This document shows, piece after piece, positions 8,929-19,507 of a stretch of DNA of 64,000 bases. Every line of letters starts with the position of its first letter. Position 1 is the stretch's first letter. A model generated the notes under the pieces. That model searched no databases, was not told the origin of the DNA, and saw only the letters and a program-made list of their open reading frames with translations. Both the position numbers and the translations under genes were made by a program. The DNA lies in contig OZ240241.1 in assembly GCA_965198115.1 (NCBI GenBank), positions 224,001 through 288,000 of the forward strand, written 5' to 3'. Source of the stretch: Candidatus Latescibacterota bacterium. GTDB lineage: Bacteria; Latescibacterota; UBA2968.

Positions 8929-10314
8929 ATGAGTAATAAACCCAACATTCTGTTCATTTTTGACGATCAGCATCGGTACGACTACCTGGGGGCTTCGGGG
9001 GCGACGTGGGTGAATACACCGAACCTCGATCGGATCGCTGCTCGCGGGATGAGGTTCACGCAGGCGACGACGAATGCGCCGGCGTGCGGTCCGTCGCGGA
9101 TGGCGCTGGCCACTGGGTTGCAGCCGCTGCGGGCGGGTGTGCTGAACAACGATTTCGGTCGGGCTCCTCACGGGTTGCCGACGCTCTATCAGCGGATGCG
9201 GGACCACGGATACCTGGTCGCGAGCTCGGGTAAGCTTCACCTGGGGCGAATCGGGGCGGCAGGGCCCAAGGGCGATCCACCAGGGACCTACGCCCTCGGA
9301 TTCACGCATCCGTTCGAGACCGAAGGCAAGATGTCGGCGGGGAAGGCCTCGGCCAGTGGCGCCGGTCCCTATACGCACTACCTGAAGGAAAAGGGATTGC
9401 TGGAGGCCTTTCTGGCCGACTACGGAAAGCGGATCGAGAATCAGTGGGCACGATCCAACTGGGATTCCGTCCTGCCGGCTGAAGATTTTCACGACGCCTT
9501 CATCGGACGGACAGCCACCGAGTGGATTCAGGACGTGCTGGAATCCCATCCCTGGATGATGTTCGTCAATTTCGTGGGGCCGCACAGCCCGTTCGATCCG
9601 CCTACAGAATACGCCGATCGATATCGAGACGCCGTCGTCCCGGACGTTATTCCGACGCGGATGGAGGGCAAGCCTGAATGGATCGAGACGCGCGACCACG
9701 GGCTGGCTCCTGACGCGGTAACCGAAGCCCAGCGTCAGTACTGCGGCGCCATCGAAGCGATCGACGATCAGGTGGGCGCGTTGCTGGATGTGCTCGAGGA
9801 ACGAGGGATGATGGATAACACCTACATCATCTTCTCGAGCGATCACGGCGAGATGCTGGGCGATTTTGGACTCTATGCCAAGTTTGTGGCCTACGAAGCC
9901 GCGCTGCGGGTGCCGCTGATCATCGCGGGGCCGGGGATCGAGGAGGGCACGGTTTCGGATTCGCTCATCGAACTGATCGACGTCAATCCGACGATTTGCG
10001 AGCTCGCAAGGTTAGATGCGCAGGAGCACATCGACGCGCGTTCGTTCGTCCCCATACTGAGAGGTGAGGCGACTTCGCATCGCAAAGAAGCCATCAGTAT
10101 GCTCGACAACTTCGTTTGCGTCCGAACGGGCGAACACAAGCTGATTCGGAACCACAACGACGTGCTCGAGCTGTACGATCTTCGGGAGGATCCCAGGGAG
10201 TTGCGCAACGTGGCGGGCGATCGACCGAGGATCGTGGAGGACATGCTTGGGAGACTCCAGGAGAGATCGCTCGGGTCGCGGAAGCTATCGGAAGGGATGC
10301 GGATTCGGATCTGA
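8929..10314 (+). CDS. Formylglycine-dependent sulfatase
   Basis: KPNILFIFDDQHR, CGPSR, GKLH, FSSDHGE, ELYDL. Confidence 0.94.
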   Translation: MSNKPNILFIFDDQHRYDYLGASGATWVNTPNLDRIAARGMRFTQATTNAPACGPSRMALATGLQPLRAGVLNNDFGRAPHGLPTLYQRMRDHGYLVASSGKLHLGRIGAAGPKGDPPGTYALGFTHPFETEGKMSAGKASASGAGPYTHYLKEKGLLEAFLADYGKRIENQWARSNWDSVLPAEDFHDAFIGRTATEWIQDVLESHPWMMFVNFVGPHSPFDPPTEYADRYRDAVVPDVIPTRMEGKPEWIETRDHGLAPDAVTEAQRQYCGAIEAIDDQVGALLDVLEERGMMDNTYIIFSSDHGEMLGDFGLYAKFVAYEAALRVPLIIAGPGIEEGTVSDSLIELIDVNPTICELARLDAQEHIDARSFVPILRGEATSHRKEAISMLDNFVCVRTGEHKLIRNHNDVLELYDLREDPRELRNVAGDRPRIVEDMLGRLQERSLGSRKLSEGMRIRI

Positions 10315-10361
10315 TTCAGTGACCAGTGAAATCTGACCAGTGACCAGAAAGAGTCGGGTCT

Positions 10362-12327
10362 ATGGCAGAGCTACAACCTTCTGAGTTGACAGGTAGCGTG
10401 CGGGCCGAAACGCGGGCAGTGACGACGCGATCGGTCATCTGGGCGGTCTGCCTCATCGTGATCAGCGTGTGGTGGGACGAGTGGATGACCTACTACATGA
10501 GCGGCTCGAACATCAGCCGGAGCCACTTTCCCCTCGCCTTTCTCTTGCCGTTTCTCATCCTCTGTCTCCTGAACGCGATCGCACATCGATGTTGTCCTAG
10601 CAGAGCTTTGACGCGGCCAGAGCTGATGGTCGTGATGGTGACCGGTCTTGTCGCCATCTCAGTACCCTACGACGGCGTGACCGGCCACCTGATCAGTGTC
10701 ATCGCGGGGCCGTACTACTTCGCGACAGCGGAGAATCAGTGGGGCGCATACATCCACGATGCTATTCCGGTGGCTGGTGCCTTCGAACTCGCGTGGTGAG
10801 ATGGTTCTGTTTTTCGAGGGACTGCCGGCCGGTTACGCGATGCCTCTCGATGTCTGGCTGACACCGCTGCTATGGTGGTCGTGTTTGATCGCGGCGCTGG
10901 GCTTCACTGTTTTCTGCCTGGTCGTGATGCTCCGCAAGCAATGGATGCGGAACGAGCGACTTTCTTATCCCCTGATTGAAGCGGGCAGCCTTATCGCAGA
11001 TACGAGAATCGGCGGAGGACTGACAACCCAGCTGCGATCCCCGCTATTCTGGGTGGCCTTCGGAATCGTGATAGCCATCAAGCTGATGAACGTGGGTTCG
11101 TATTTCTCTCCCGCCTTTCCACGGCTGTCGATCGAGGGCGGCAACTTCCAGGCCCTTCCGGATTTCCCAAGACTGATCACGCGTGTCAGCTTTTACGCTA
11201 TCGGGTTCAGCTACTTCGCCAGACTGGATGTGCTTCTGAGCGTGTGGTTCTTCATCTTCATTACGGCGTGCGAGGTCTTTGTCTTCAACAAACTGGGTTA
11301 CAAGCTGGGCGCGGCTCCGAGTCAGTGGGGGAGTCAGGCACTGGGCTATCAGAGTCTGGGTGCTCTGATGTTCCTCGCGGGCTGGAGTTTGTGGATGGCA
11401 AGGCGTCACCTCGGGCAGGTCTGGGCGAAGGCGCTGCGAAACGACCCTGCCGTCGACGACAGCGAGGAACTTCTCTCGTATCGGACAACCGTTCTCGGAT
11501 TCGTATGTGCCTTCGTGTTCTGTGTCGGATGGCTGTTTGCGGCCGGTATGACGTGGTGGGTGATTTTCGTTTTTCTGACCGTTTCGTTGCTCGCTTTCAT
11601 CGGACTTTCCCGGGTCGTCGCCGAACTGGGTCTCGTCTACGTCTATTACCGTGTCCTGCCGACGCAATTCGTGCTTCAGACCTTCGGCGTTCAGATCCTG
11701 GGTGGAGCCAGCGTGGTTATCCTGGCCCTGACCCGCGGCATCGAGGGGATCGGAAAGGGCTTTATCATGCCCGCCTTTGCGCAGACGGTCAAAGCCGTCG
11801 ACGGTATCATCAAACCCCGCCGCGTGGCGCTCGTCCTGTTGCTCGCGATCGGGTTGGGCTACACGCTTTCGATCGCAGACACGCTCTACCTGGGCTATTC
11901 ACACGGGGCCTACAATCTGGGCAACATGGGTCTGAGGAAGGTCGGACCGCGTACTTTCAACGCGACGGTCAAAGAGGTGCTGAATCCGACGCCGTTCGGT
12001 GGGAAAGGAAGGATGCAGTGGGTCGGGGTCGGGATGTTTACGATGGCGATTCTGACGCTCGTGCGATATCGATTCCCCGCCTGGCCCCTGCACCCGATCG
12101 GGCTGGCGCTTCAGGGCAACTATGGTCTGACCAAGACGTGGATGTCGATTTTTATCGCTTGGTTCATCAAGGCGGTGTTGATGCGCATTGGGGGGGCCGC
12201 GCTCTACGAACGAGGAAAGCCCTTCTTCGTGGGGTTGATTGTAGCACAAGCCATCAGTACTGCGATGGTGTTTGTCGTGGATTGGATCTGGTTTCCGATG
12301 CAGGGACACAATGTGCACAACTATTGA
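10362..12327 (+). CDS. Large multi-pass membrane protein (DUF6785/DUF6784-like, putative transporter), split by a frameshift near 10766
   Basis: ORFs 10362-10799 and 10696-12327 join as YFATAENQW..IP/RWLVP; LRKQW..NERLSYPL and WPLHPIG motifs; many hydrophobic helices. Confidence 0.7.
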
Positions 12328-12410
12328 GAATCGAGGATCGAGAATCGAGTATTGAACAGCGCCACTGTGACGCTCGATCGTTGCTATGATGTGGTGTGTG
12401 TTGTTGTATC

Positions 12411-12439
12411 TTGCCCTGAAGGCGTGATTCTTGTAGAAT
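12411..12439 (+). promoter_or_regulatory. Sigma70-like promoter for tRNA-Pro
   Basis: TTGCCC-17 nt-TAGAAT ending 14 nt upstream of the tRNA. Confidence 0.5.
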
Positions 12440-12453
12440 CAATCTACAATTGA

Positions 12454-12530
12454 CGGGGAGTGGCTCAGCCCGGTAGAGCACCTGCTTTGGGAGCAGGGGG
12501 CCGCAGGTTCAAATCCTGTCTCCCCGACCA
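12454..12530 (+). tRNA. tRNA-Pro (TGG)
   Basis: cggggag acceptor stem, D arm gctcagcccggtagagc, anticodon arm cctgc-tttggga-gcagg, GGTTCAAATC T loop, encoded CCA. Confidence 0.97.
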
Positions 12531-12739
12531 GCAATTACAACGGGTCGCGACGTGTTTGTCGTGACCCGTTTCTATTCGGTCTAACGACTGCATAACGTAG
12601 GATGTCCGTGTTGGCTGAAGGACCCGGAGATGGGACTGAGTGGAGCGCATCCGGGTTGACACCGTTGATTCTTTATAGCCACATTCACCGTATCTGTTCT
12701 GCACGTATCCGACCAAACAGAAATCGTATACGAAGGAGA

Positions 12740-14079
12740 ATGGCCTTGGCATCTATTCCAAAGCACGTCGACTATTTAATGATCGGAGCGGGCGTTCACG
12801 GGTTGAGTACGGCGTGGCATCTGGCCAAAGATCTGAAAGCTGCGGGAAAGAGCGCGGATATTGCGGTTGTGGACAAGACGGGCGTTGCAGCGGGGGCGTC
12901 GGGGATCGCGTGTGGGGTCGTCCGCAATTTCTACTTCCAGCCGGCGATGGGTGCGGTGATGTTGGTTTCGTTCGACATCTGGGAAGCCGAGGCGGAGGCC
13001 CTGAATTTTCACAATTGTGAATACATCGCCGTCGTACCCGAACCACAGAACGCCGACATCGAGGCGATCTATGCCCGTCAGCAGGACGAGAATTCCCCTC
13101 GACGCTGGTCCAGGGTGAGCAGAAGGTCTTCGATCATATGCGAAAGATGTTTCCCGACTGGAAGGCGCGCGGTCTAACGTCACTTCTGCAGGAGCATCGC
13201 GGGGGGTTTGCCTTCAACAAGGAGGCGATCAACGGGCTCGCCGGACTGGCCCGTTCCGAAGGGGTGACCATCTATGATGGAGTTCAGATCATTGGATTCA
13301 AGTTTGGATCCGACAACACCGTGACACACGTGGAATCGACGGATGGAGACATCGAGGTCGGATGCGTCGTGAGCGGTGCGGGACCGTGGAGCGCTCGCGT
13401 CTGGGAGATGCTGGGTCTGTCCGATCGCGTCGATGTTCGAGACAATGATGGCGAGATGCACCTGGATCAGCCCCTGTGGACCTACTGGCGTCTGGAGGAG
13501 GGCGAGATCACGTTTCCCCTTTCCGACTACGCGACGTCAGACGGGAAAATGCCACCGGTTTTCCACTTCGACTCCCGCGAGACCCTGATCTCGGAGAAGA
13601 CTGGAGAGGTCCTGAGTGAGAAAGACGATCTTTGGGGCGTCTATTGGAAGAGTGACCGCGAGGGTGTACAGGGGGGTGCGGAGCCGATTCATCTCGGTGA
13701 AGAATGTAGTCTGGATCCATACGGGCCGGATAGCCCCGAACACGTCGTACGAGAGGACTTTGTCGAATTCTGGACCTCGGGGTTGGCCCACGCCATAGGA
13801 CGGTTCGAGGGGTCCTACCACAAGTACAATCGGATTCCCTCGGGAGGCGTCGGATGCTTCACGTTCGACAACTTTCCGATATTCGATTACGCACCAGGAA
13901 TCCCGAACGTCTATATGATTGCAGACAGCAACCACGGCTTTAAAATGATCGGTGTGGGGAAAGAGGTGGCGAAGGTGCTTGGGGGAGAATCGAGTTCGGT
14001 TTTGGATCCGTTTCGGTTCGCGCGGTTTGCGGAGGGGGATTTGCATCCGGTTTCGGGGAGTCCGTGGCCCTGGGGATGA
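12740..14079 (+). CDS. mgdA: FAD-dependent oxidoreductase, N-methylglutamate dehydrogenase subunit A / sarcosine oxidase beta-like; frameshift near 13093
   Basis: IGAGVHGLSTAWHLA, AAGASGIACGVVRNFYFQPAM, ADSNHGFKMIGVG, C-terminal SPWPW; RBS gaaggag; two ORFs joined by a 1-nt shift. Confidence 0.7.
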
Positions 14080-14592
14080 TGCCTGTTGGCGGTCCCCTCG
14101 CTTCGCTCGGGGCAGGCTCCTGTCGGCGGTGGGGGGTAGAGGCTGCCACACCTCCTATCTCGCCCCAATGACGGTATCCTTTATCTCCTGCTAGACGCCT
14201 GTGGTAACTGCTCAGACTCTGTAAATCGTTGTTAATCAGGCTGTTGCGGTAGTCTCATCGCGATGGTTGGACGAGATTTCGGCCTGAGCTACTCTCAGAG
14301 AAACGGTGAGAGCGAACTTTGGTCAATAAAAACAAAGGGTTACGTCGATGTGGCGTGACTCTTCATTATTGAGGTGTCAATTTGGTGCAAGAATCGTCAA
14401 GGAGATGGTGTGATCAGGAGGAGGTTTTACCGATAGAATAGTAGACGATCATCGATATTCGCGGTCCCTCGCAGACTTTTGCCTCGAGTATCTACCTTTT
14501 TCTTTTTGGATAGGGTTGTATATTCAGAGGTGAGTTGCGAGTTCATTCTTCAACGTTGGGACCCGTTTCAGCCCTGAGGGAGGTGGTTCGTT

Positions 14593-15609
14593 GTGGCAGA
14601 AGAAGAAGAAGGTGATGAACTACCTGCACGAACCAAGGTTGCCATCCTGATGATCGCCCTCGGCCAGGAAACAACGGCCGAGGTTATGAAATATCTGACC
14701 GACTACGAAATTGAGCGCATCGCCGAGTCGATCAGCGAGCTCGAAGTTGTGACGACGGAGCAGGAGGACGAAGTCCTCGAAGAGTTCGAGCAAATGCTGA
14801 TCGCGGGCCAGTATGTCTCTCAGGGCGGTATGGACTTCGCCCGTGGCGCGTTGGAAAAGGCGATGGGTCCACGAAAGGCCCAATCGCTCCTCGACCGCGT
14901 CAGTTCCACGACGTCGAGCGGCTTCTACATGCTGCGAAACGTCGATCCCAACCAGATCATTCCGTTTATTGCCAAAGAACATCCCCAGACCATCGCGTTG
15001 ATTCTGTCACAGCTCGAAGCTGCGCAGGCGGCCGGTGTGTTGAACGGTCTGTCCGAGGAGTTGCAGGCCGACGTTTCCTTCCGTATCGCGCAGATGGAGA
15101 CGATTTCGCCACAGGTCCTCCGCGAACTGGAAGAGAGTCTTGCGCAGGAGCTGCAGACGATCCTGTCGGGTCAGGTCACGGAGATCGGTGGACCGAAGGC
15201 GGTGGCCGAGATTCTCAACCGCACGGATCGTTCGACCGAAAAGGCCGTGCTGGAACGCCTGGATGCCCAGGACCCGGAGCTCGCCGAAGACGTGCGCAAC
15301 CAGATGTTCGTGTTCGACGACATCGCCAACCTCACCGATCGCGAGATTCAGCTGATCTTGCGCGAGGTCGATTCTAAAGATCTGGCGACGGCACTCAAGG
15401 GCGCGAACGACGAGATGAAAGATCGGATCTTCGGGAACGTGTCCGAACGCGTGGGCACGATGATGAAAGAGGAAATGGACTTCTCCGGTCCTGTCCGAAT
15501 GAGCGACGTGGAGGAAGTGCAGCTGCGGGTTGTTCAGACCGTCCGCCAGCTCGAAGAGGCGGGACAGGTCACGATCGTCCGCGGCGACAGCAACGATCAG
15601 TTCGTGTAG
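14593..15609 (+). CDS. fliG: Flagellar motor switch protein FliG
   Basis: KVAILMIALG, SQGG, KEHPQTIALILS, GGPKAVAEILN, QMFVFDD, GPVRMSDVEE; RBS ggaggtgg. Confidence 0.96.
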   Translation: MAEEEEGDELPARTKVAILMIALGQETTAEVMKYLTDYEIERIAESISELEVVTTEQEDEVLEEFEQMLIAGQYVSQGGMDFARGALEKAMGPRKAQSLLDRVSSTTSSGFYMLRNVDPNQIIPFIAKEHPQTIALILSQLEAAQAAGVLNGLSEELQADVSFRIAQMETISPQVLRELEESLAQELQTILSGQVTEIGGPKAVAEILNRTDRSTEKAVLERLDAQDPELAEDVRNQMFVFDDIANLTDREIQLILREVDSKDLATALKGANDEMKDRIFGNVSERVGTMMKEEMDFSGPVRMSDVEEVQLRVVQTVRQLEEAGQVTIVRGDSNDQFV

Positions 15610-15648
15610 TACCATCGCATTCAGCATCCGCCTTTCCTTACCCAAGTT

Positions 15649-15688
15649 AACGAACCCCCTTCTCATTCCTGAGAAGGGGGTTCGTTTT
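15649..15688 (+). terminator. Intrinsic terminator after fliG
   Basis: Perfect 17-bp stem aacgaacccccttctca / tgagaagggggttcgtt, 4-nt loop, T tail. Confidence 0.8.
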
Positions 15689-15716
15689 CCACCGACCGCT
15701 TTTTGGGGCCGATCAG

Positions 15717-15979
15717 GGCAGGTAACGAAGTGGAGGTGGCCTTCAACCTGCTATGGAAACCGGGTTCGTTGTGGCGAGGTTCCTGCGAACATTGTAGCGA
15801 GTGTTTCCCCTGAGCATTGACCGTGTCGTGCTCAGCTTCGATCTGAAGGTCGACGCCGTGGTCGGTTTCGGACTTTATCCTGTTTGCACGGTGTTACCCG
15901 AGTCGTAGAGGAAAGTGTTTTAGGAGTGAGATTACGGGAGTCGCGACCTCCATTCGAAACCGGATGGGGGCTTTTTTTT
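15717..15979 (+). ncRNA. Candidate structured non-coding RNA (family not recognised)
   Basis: No credible ORF; several stems, possible 5'/3' closing helix gtggaggtggc/gcgacctccat, own terminator hairpin plus T8. Confidence 0.4.
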
Positions 15980-17399
15980 GGCTATATCCGGATCTCTCAA
16001 CGAGATGAAGTGGGTGAAGGTGCCGTGGTTCCTGGCATGGGGGCGCGGTTAGCGTGTGCGGAACCTCTTCGGAATCTGCTCAGGGATGTTTATGTCTCCG
16101 ACGGTAAGGAAGATCATATCGTTGAATGCGTCGAGTGTGCGGAATCCGCTGGCTCGGTTCTTGACGATTTGGACGATTCGGTTGAGGCCTTCGGCGATGG
16201 CGTTGGTAAGACGCGTGTTCACGAATGCGAGGACGCCGAAGAAGTGCTGTCGCAGGGTCCTGACGAACTTTCGCAGGGGTTCAAGTCGACTTCTGAGTGC
16301 GGACGTCGTCCAGCATTTCAGGAAGCGTTCGGCAGCCCAGGGCGCTTTGTATTCCCAGAACTGCTCGAACTCGTCCTTGAGTCTCCAGGCTCTATAGATT
16401 CGGTAGTTCGCCTTCTCCAGTGCTTTGAGTGTCCGAGTATCCCCTCTGGAGCGTGTCGCTGAGTGCCGGTAGAGGAGCCATCGGAGGCCCTTCATGGCTT
16501 TGCGCTCATCCGGGGCAGCTTTACGCCACTGGTCCTTACGGACCTCGTCAACGGCGGCATTGAGAGCCTTGACGATGTGAAAGCGATCGAGGACCAGCTT
16601 GGCATTCGGACAGTGTTCCTGGATGGCTCCGATGTAAGCTTCGCTCATGTCGCAGCAGGCCCACTCGATCTTGGATCTCCGGTAGGGACTGAGAGCCTCT
16701 GTGAAGAACCGATCGATCGTTTTACGCGCCCTGCCGCGGCCAACCCACACCACGCAGGAGCGGTCCAGATCGTAAACGAGCGTGGCGTACCTGTGACGCT
16801 TGGCGTAGGAGATCTCGTCGATCCCGATGGTTTTGAGCCCTCGGATACGATGACCTTCACGAAGCCGCGTGATGGATCGGTGAAGGAGATCCGACAGCGT
16901 CGAGGCAGAGATGCGCAGTAACTCGGACGCCGCCTTCTGCGTCATGGTCTGGCAGTAGCGCAGCATGGCATACTCGAAGCGATACGTCACCCGAGAGAAC
17001 CGCTCCGCCCACGGAATCTCCTCGACCACACGACCGTGGGTAGGACACCGAATCTCCCGAGGATGGTAGAGAAGCCAGACCCTCCACCCGCACACCGGAA
17101 TGTCACGCCACCGACGCGGATGGGGCATTGTGCGGACGATTTTACCTCGACGGCCGCACTCCGGACAACAACAACCATTCTTATGTGGCTTTACGGCGAT
17201 GACGAAACAGCTTCTCCCCTCAAACCACCAGCTGACAACACGGAACCCCTTGAATCTCAGCAGTTTCGATAGTAATCTGCTCCCGGTCATAGGTCGCACC
17301 CCCTTCGCTTTGATTGTCCTACACACACAACCAAGCGTAGGGAACGATCTATGACCTTGTCATTCTATAGTTTCACCGTTGAGAAACCCGGATAGAGCC
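15980..17399 (-). mobile_element. ISL3 family insertion sequence, copy 1 (1420 bp)
   Basis: Ends ggctatatccggatctctcaacg / cgttgagaaacccggatagagcc; inserted in a T tract (flanks tttttttt / attttttt). Confidence 0.92.
16049..17326 (-). CDS. ISL3 transposase
   Basis: CPECG zinc finger, IGIDE, CCDMSEAY, DRFHIVK, TNAIAEGLN. Confidence 0.95.
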   Translation of the reverse strand: MCRTIKAKGVRPMTGSRLLSKLLRFKGFRVVSWWFEGRSCFVIAVKPHKNGCCCPECGRRGKIVRTMPHPRRWRDIPVCGWRVWLLYHPREIRCPTHGRVVEEIPWAERFSRVTYRFEYAMLRYCQTMTQKAASELLRISASTLSDLLHRSITRLREGHRIRGLKTIGIDEISYAKRHRYATLVYDLDRSCVVWVGRGRARKTIDRFFTEALSPYRRSKIEWACCDMSEAYIGAIQEHCPNAKLVLDRFHIVKALNAAVDEVRKDQWRKAAPDERKAMKGLRWLLYRHSATRSRGDTRTLKALEKANYRIYRAWRLKDEFEQFWEYKAPWAAERFLKCWTTSALRSRLEPLRKFVRTLRQHFFGVLAFVNTRLTNAIAEGLNRIVQIVKNRASGFRTLDAFNDMIFLTVGDINIPEQIPKRFRTR

Positions 17400-17632
17400 A
17401 TTTTTTTGCCCGGTACCTGGGGCTCGAGCTTTTGGAAGAAGACTCGCAGAGAGTCCGTGTCGAGTGTTCTGAAAAGATGGCGGCTTTCAATCCGAGATAT
17501 CCTCTGCCCGACCACGCGGCAAGAGGATCTGAGCAGGTGGCAGAGGCGGTTGGCCGTCTGTGACCGTTTGTTGAAAGGACACAAGCTGGCGGGGTTTTAT
17601 CGTCCGTTGTCCGCTTTTCAAAGGACTCCACT

Positions 17633-18280
17633 ATGCAAAAACTCGTCCTGCTCGGCATTGGCGGCAACAACTCGGACATCCTCGACGCCATCTACGAAAT
17701 CAACGCAGTTGAGCCAACCTACCAGGTCCTCGGATACCTCTCTCCAAACGGTGAGCCCAAAGACACCGACGAACTCCCCTGCCTGGGTGTCTTCGCCTCC
17801 GCCCGATCTTTACCTGAAGACGTACAGCTCTCTGGTTTCACCTTCGGTCCCGGCAGCTTCCGCAAATGGCCTGACACCATCGCCTCCATCGGCCTGGCCT
17901 CCGAACGCTACGCCACCATCATCCACCCTCACGCCTACGTCTCTCCCCGCACAACCATCGGCTGCGGCTCTGTCATCTTAGCCGGCACAACCGTCGGCGC
18001 AGACGTCACCATTGGTAACCACGTCATCATCCTGCAAAACGTCGGCCTCTCCCACGACGACGTCATCGGAGACTACAGCAGCCTCACCGTCGGCGTCGGC
18101 TTTTCCGGCAGTGTCAAAATCGGCCGCAACTGCTTCCTCGGCACCCACTCCACCATCATCAGCGCAACCATTGGCGAAGGCAGCCTCATCGGCGCCGGAA
18201 CCCTCATTCGTCAAGACGTCCCTCCCAACCAGGTCTGGGTAGGCGTACCCGGCCGCTTCCTCCGAAATCCGACTGAACCG
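17633..18280 (+). CDS. NeuD/PglD-like sugar O-acetyltransferase (hexapeptide repeat)
   Basis: LVLLGIGGN, TIIHPHAYVS, LbH repeats, VWVGVPGRFLR; reads through in frame into the next gene in this sequence. Confidence 0.85.
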
Positions 18281-18298
18281 ACAAGAAGGAGAGACGTC

Positions 18299-19507
18299 AT
18301 GGCGAAACAAGCCAAAAGAAAAAATGCTTCAAAAACACAAGACGGTGGGGATACAAAATCGCATACTCGCATTGCGCCTGAGCTTCGTATCGTCGAATGG
18401 CGCAACGAGTGGATCGTTAAAAGCGCTTTTCCCTTTCGCTACCAGGCTCCTGACGGAATGCTCCGGGAGCTCAGGCAGCGATACAACCTGGATGGGATCA
18501 TTGCTCCGGCATCCACGGAGATACAGCAGATGATGCTCCTTCGCGAGTGGGTCCATACCCGCTGGAAGCACGGCTGGAACCACAAAACAGAGTGTAAGAA
18601 TGCGCTTGAGATCCTGGAGGCTGCCGAGAAGGGAGCAGATTTCAACTGCGGCTACTTTGCAACCACGCTCATGCAGTGCTTTCTTGCCCTTGGCTTTGTA
18701 GCCCGGACTGTCGGAGCGTCGAAAACGGCCAGTGAATGGACGGCGGAAGACGAAGGGAACATCGGGCACTCACTCACGGAAGTCTGGTCTCACCAGTTTC
18801 ACAAGTGGGTGCTGCACGATGCGGACATGAACGTCCACTACGAACGGGACGGGATACCCCTGAATGCGCTTGAGATACACCGTGCCTGGGTGACACGAAG
18901 ATGGAACGAGGTCACCATGGTACAGGGACCCACGCCTTATCATGTGACGGAGAGCAAGAAATCAGGATCCGCGATCACCTTTAAGAATCCGGACAACGAA
19001 GCCGCTGAATTGTGGATATTTTCACAGCACAACGCCGGCGACTATTACGCCCATGTGAACTATCTGCTTGGGAATGACCGTCACTCCAGCGACGAGCTTC
19101 CTCCCAGAATCGAGTGGATCGACGAATGGACACCGCAAAGGCTGGTCAGAGGCAAACAGGTCAATGCCGTGAGCTTCACCGGCAATGAGCACGACGTCAA
19201 CTGGACAGTAGATCAAGTGCAGATCGATTTATGCTGCGACCCTTCGGCCTGGGAACAACGGGAAGCGGTCCTTCATGTGAAGCTGGAGCACAGCATGCCG
19301 AACCTGGACAGACGCCTCGTACGGATTGACGATGAGCCGTGGCGGCAAACGGAATCTGAGTTTACCTGGCGGTTGCGTCCGGGGAAAAACCAGATCATGG
19401 CAAAAGGAATAAATAGCTTCGGTAGAGAGGGACACATCAGCCGTATCCTCTTACGCTTCAACCCGCAAACAGCCTTCTGTCACGCTCATCTCCAACCGAC
19501 CGCGTAG
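18299..19507 (+). CDS. Transglutaminase-like domain protein
   Basis: Own RBS aaggag before ATG 18299; FNCGYFA, GHSLTEVW, KWVLHDAD Cys-His-Asp triad. Confidence 0.7.
   Translation: MAKQAKRKNASKTQDGGDTKSHTRIAPELRIVEWRNEWIVKSAFPFRYQAPDGMLRELRQRYNLDGIIAPASTEIQQMMLLREWVHTRWKHGWNHKTECKNALEILEAAEKGADFNCGYFATTLMQCFLALGFVARTVGASKTASEWTAEDEGNIGHSLTEVWSHQFHKWVLHDADMNVHYERDGIPLNALEIHRAWVTRRWNEVTMVQGPTPYHVTESKKSGSAITFKNPDNEAAELWIFSQHNAGDYYAHVNYLLGNDRHSSDELPPRIEWIDEWTPQRLVRGKQVNAVSFTGNEHDVNWTVDQVQIDLCCDPSAWEQREAVLHVKLEHSMPNLDRRLVRIDDEPWRQTESEFTWRLRPGKNQIMAKGINSFGREGHISRILLRFNPQTAFCHAHLQPTA

Noticed and set aside
12579-12616. attC-like GTCTAAC...GTTGGCT after tRNA-Pro
   Set aside because: Only 38 bp with a 3-bp stem and no cassette gene before it.
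15717-15979. Assignment as tmRNA, SRP, RNase P, cobalamin or c-di-GMP riboswitch
   Set aside because: Only short chance similarities (gaggaaag, acctgcc, ccattcgaaa); the diagnostic consensus blocks are missing.
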